A stretch of DNA of 64,000 nucleotides from Mobula hypostoma (Eukaryota). Each line of letters begins with the position of its first letter. Position 1 is the first letter of the stretch. Location of the stretch: contig NC_086108.1 in assembly GCF_963921235.1 (NCBI RefSeq), positions 10,478,001 to 10,542,000 on the forward strand. The letters run 5' to 3'. Positions 61,935 to 64,000 of this stretch are shown one piece after another. The notes beneath the pieces are model-generated. The model saw only the letters and a program-made list of their open reading frames with translations, searched no databases and was not told where the DNA came from. A program made the position numbers and the translations under genes.

Positions 61935-63245
61935 AAGTGTGGTTAGGAAGATGAATAGTGTTTTGGCTGTCATTAGTTGGGGGATTGGGTTCAAGAGCCG
62001 CAAAGTAATGTTGCCGCTCTATAAAACCCTGGCTAGACCACACTTGAAATATTATGTTCAGTTCTGGTTGCCTCGTTATAGGAAGGATGTGGAAGCTTTG
62101 GAGAGAGTTCAGAGGAGATTTACCTAGATGCTGCCTGGTGTAGAGAGGATGTCTTATGAGGATAGCTTGAGCGAGCTAGGGATGTTGTCTTTGGCGAGAA
62201 GGAGGATGAGAGGTGACTTGATAGCGGAGTACAAGATGATAAGAGGCATCAAGTTAAGTTCAAGTTTTTGCCCTTCAACCGTATACATGTATACCATAAA
62301 ACAGACCGGACCAAGATACACAACACAGTACATATAACACCATAAGACTGCAAGATATAGGAGCAAGATTTGGCCATTTGGCCCATCAAGTTTGCTCCCC
62401 TATTTCATCATGGCCGATCCATTTTGCGTTCAGCCCCAATCTCCTTCTTTCTCCCCTTATCCCTTGTGCTCTGACTAAACAAGGACATATCAACCCCTGC
62501 CTCAGTGACTTAGCCTCCACAGCCACCTGTGGTAATGAATTCTGTAGGTTCACCACTCTCTGGCCAAAGAAATTTCTCCTCTTCTCCATTCTAAATGGAC
62601 GTCCTTCAATTCTGAGGCTGTGCCCTCAAGTCGTAAACTCCCCCACCACAGGAAACTTCCTCTCCACATCCACTCTGTCGAGGCTCATTCAATCGGTTCA
62701 ATGAGGTTCTCAGAGTTCTTCAGAGTTCCAGTGAGTACAGTCCTGGGGCCTGCTGCTCATATGATAACCCTTCCAATCTTGGAACTCACATGCAACACAT
62801 GAAGATATAATACCACAAATACATTAACAAATAATAAAATATATTCCATATAAAATATATTTAGCATATATGACACAAGTTAAAAAGTAATGAATATAAC
62901 ACTACAGCACTTCATACGGGATGAGATCTGGGTGATGGAAGGGACTCGAAGGGAGCTCAGTGGTCTACAAACAGAGTGGACAGCCAGTGTCTTTTCCCAG
63001 CAGGGAAATGACTGATACAAGACAGCATAACTTTAAGACGATTGGAGGAAAGTACTGGGGGATGTCAGAGGTAGGTTTGGAATGCATGGAACACACTGCC
63101 AGAGATGATGGTAGAGGCAGATACATTAGGGGCGTTTAAGAAGCTCTTGGATAGGCACGTAGGTGATGGAAAAATGGAGGACTACGTAGGAGGGAAGGGT
63201 TAGATTAGAATAAAAGGTCAGCACAACTTCGTAGGGCTAAAAGCC
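61935..63245 (+). mobile_element. CR1 3' fragment interrupted at 62250-62970 by a LINE tail and an antisense CR1
   Basis: LARPHLKYYVQFW..ERVQRRFT..MIRGI, resumes RVDSQ at ~62972. Confidence 0.8.
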
Positions 63246-63249
63246 AAGA

Positions 63250-63730
63250 GCATTCTAACACCATCCAGTAAGGAGGGGCCACTGCACAGGATCAAAAAAG
63301 GCTGCAGAGAGTTGTAAACTCAGCCAGCTTGTGGGCCTTGGGCACCAGCCTCCCCAGCATCCAGGGCACCTTCAAAAGGCGATGTCTCAAAAAGGCGGCA
63401 CCCATCGTTAAAACCCTTATCACCCAGGACATGCCCTCCTCTCATTGCTACCATCAGGGAGGAGGTACAGGAGCCTGAAGGCACACACTTAATGATTCAG
63501 GAACAGCTTCTTCCAATCCGCCATCAGATTTCTGAATGGACATTGAACCCATGGACACTACCTCACTTGCTATTTCTCTTTTTGCACTACCGATTTAATT
63601 TTATATATATGTACTTCTTGTTGTAATTTATAATTATTATCATTATTACGTATTGCAATGCACTGCTGCCGCATAACAACAAATTTCATGACATGTGCCA
63701 GTGATATTAAACCTGATTTGGATTCTGAGT
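63250..63730 (+). mobile_element. Rex1/Babar 3' fragment
   Basis: HPGHALLSLLPSGRRYRSL; AAACCTGATTTGGATTCTGA tail. Confidence 0.85.
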
Positions 63731-64000
63731 TTTTCAGCACTTCTGCCTTCTCTTTTGGTCTCTGTGTTCGTAGGTGTTTCTATCATGTCTCCTCTGATCC
63801 TCGGTCCGGGCTTCAGGAAAGTGTAGCTTCCTTGTGCTGCGTTCCAGTCTGAGAGGAAGGTTACGTGGTGCGGAAGGGTTAGATTGACCTTGGGATAGAC
63901 TAAAACGTCGGCACAATGTTGTGGCCAAAGGGCGTGCACAGTGTGGTAATATTCTATGTGAAAGTGCATTAGAAAGAGAAAGATACAATCTGCATTTCTA

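Overview
Eukaryotic, repeat-dense vertebrate DNA. It is most likely a cartilaginous fish (ray or shark), inferred from HE1/V-SINE-like SINEs, very abundant CR1, and shark/ray-type Penelope and Rex1 families. No intact host protein-coding gene can be recognised. A CpG island (~1.4-4.7 kb) with plus-strand splice signals suggests the 5' end of an unidentified gene whose long introns fill the window. The rest is nested retroelements (CR1, Rex1/Babar, RTE/BovB, L1, Penelope, Gypsy-type LTR, tRNA SINEs, MITEs) and tandem repeats. Main observations: (1) a near-perfect 1.45-kb fold-back palindrome (46895-48342) that duplicates a CR1 end together with its flank; (2) several minimal type I hammerhead ribozyme motifs in Penelope ends, one with an intact core (40873-40910, minus); (3) a Penelope-hammerhead/CR1 fusion junction seen twice; (4) a 100-bp non-TE inverted repeat covering a splice donor (40142-40761); (5) a family of ~700-bp non-coding retroposons with an AAGATGGC 5' end and LINE-type tails; (6) a miniature non-coding LTR element inside a 48-bp satellite; (7) repeated insertions at one homologous CR1 site. 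Repeat boundaries were read by eye and are approximate unless TSDs or termini are quoted.
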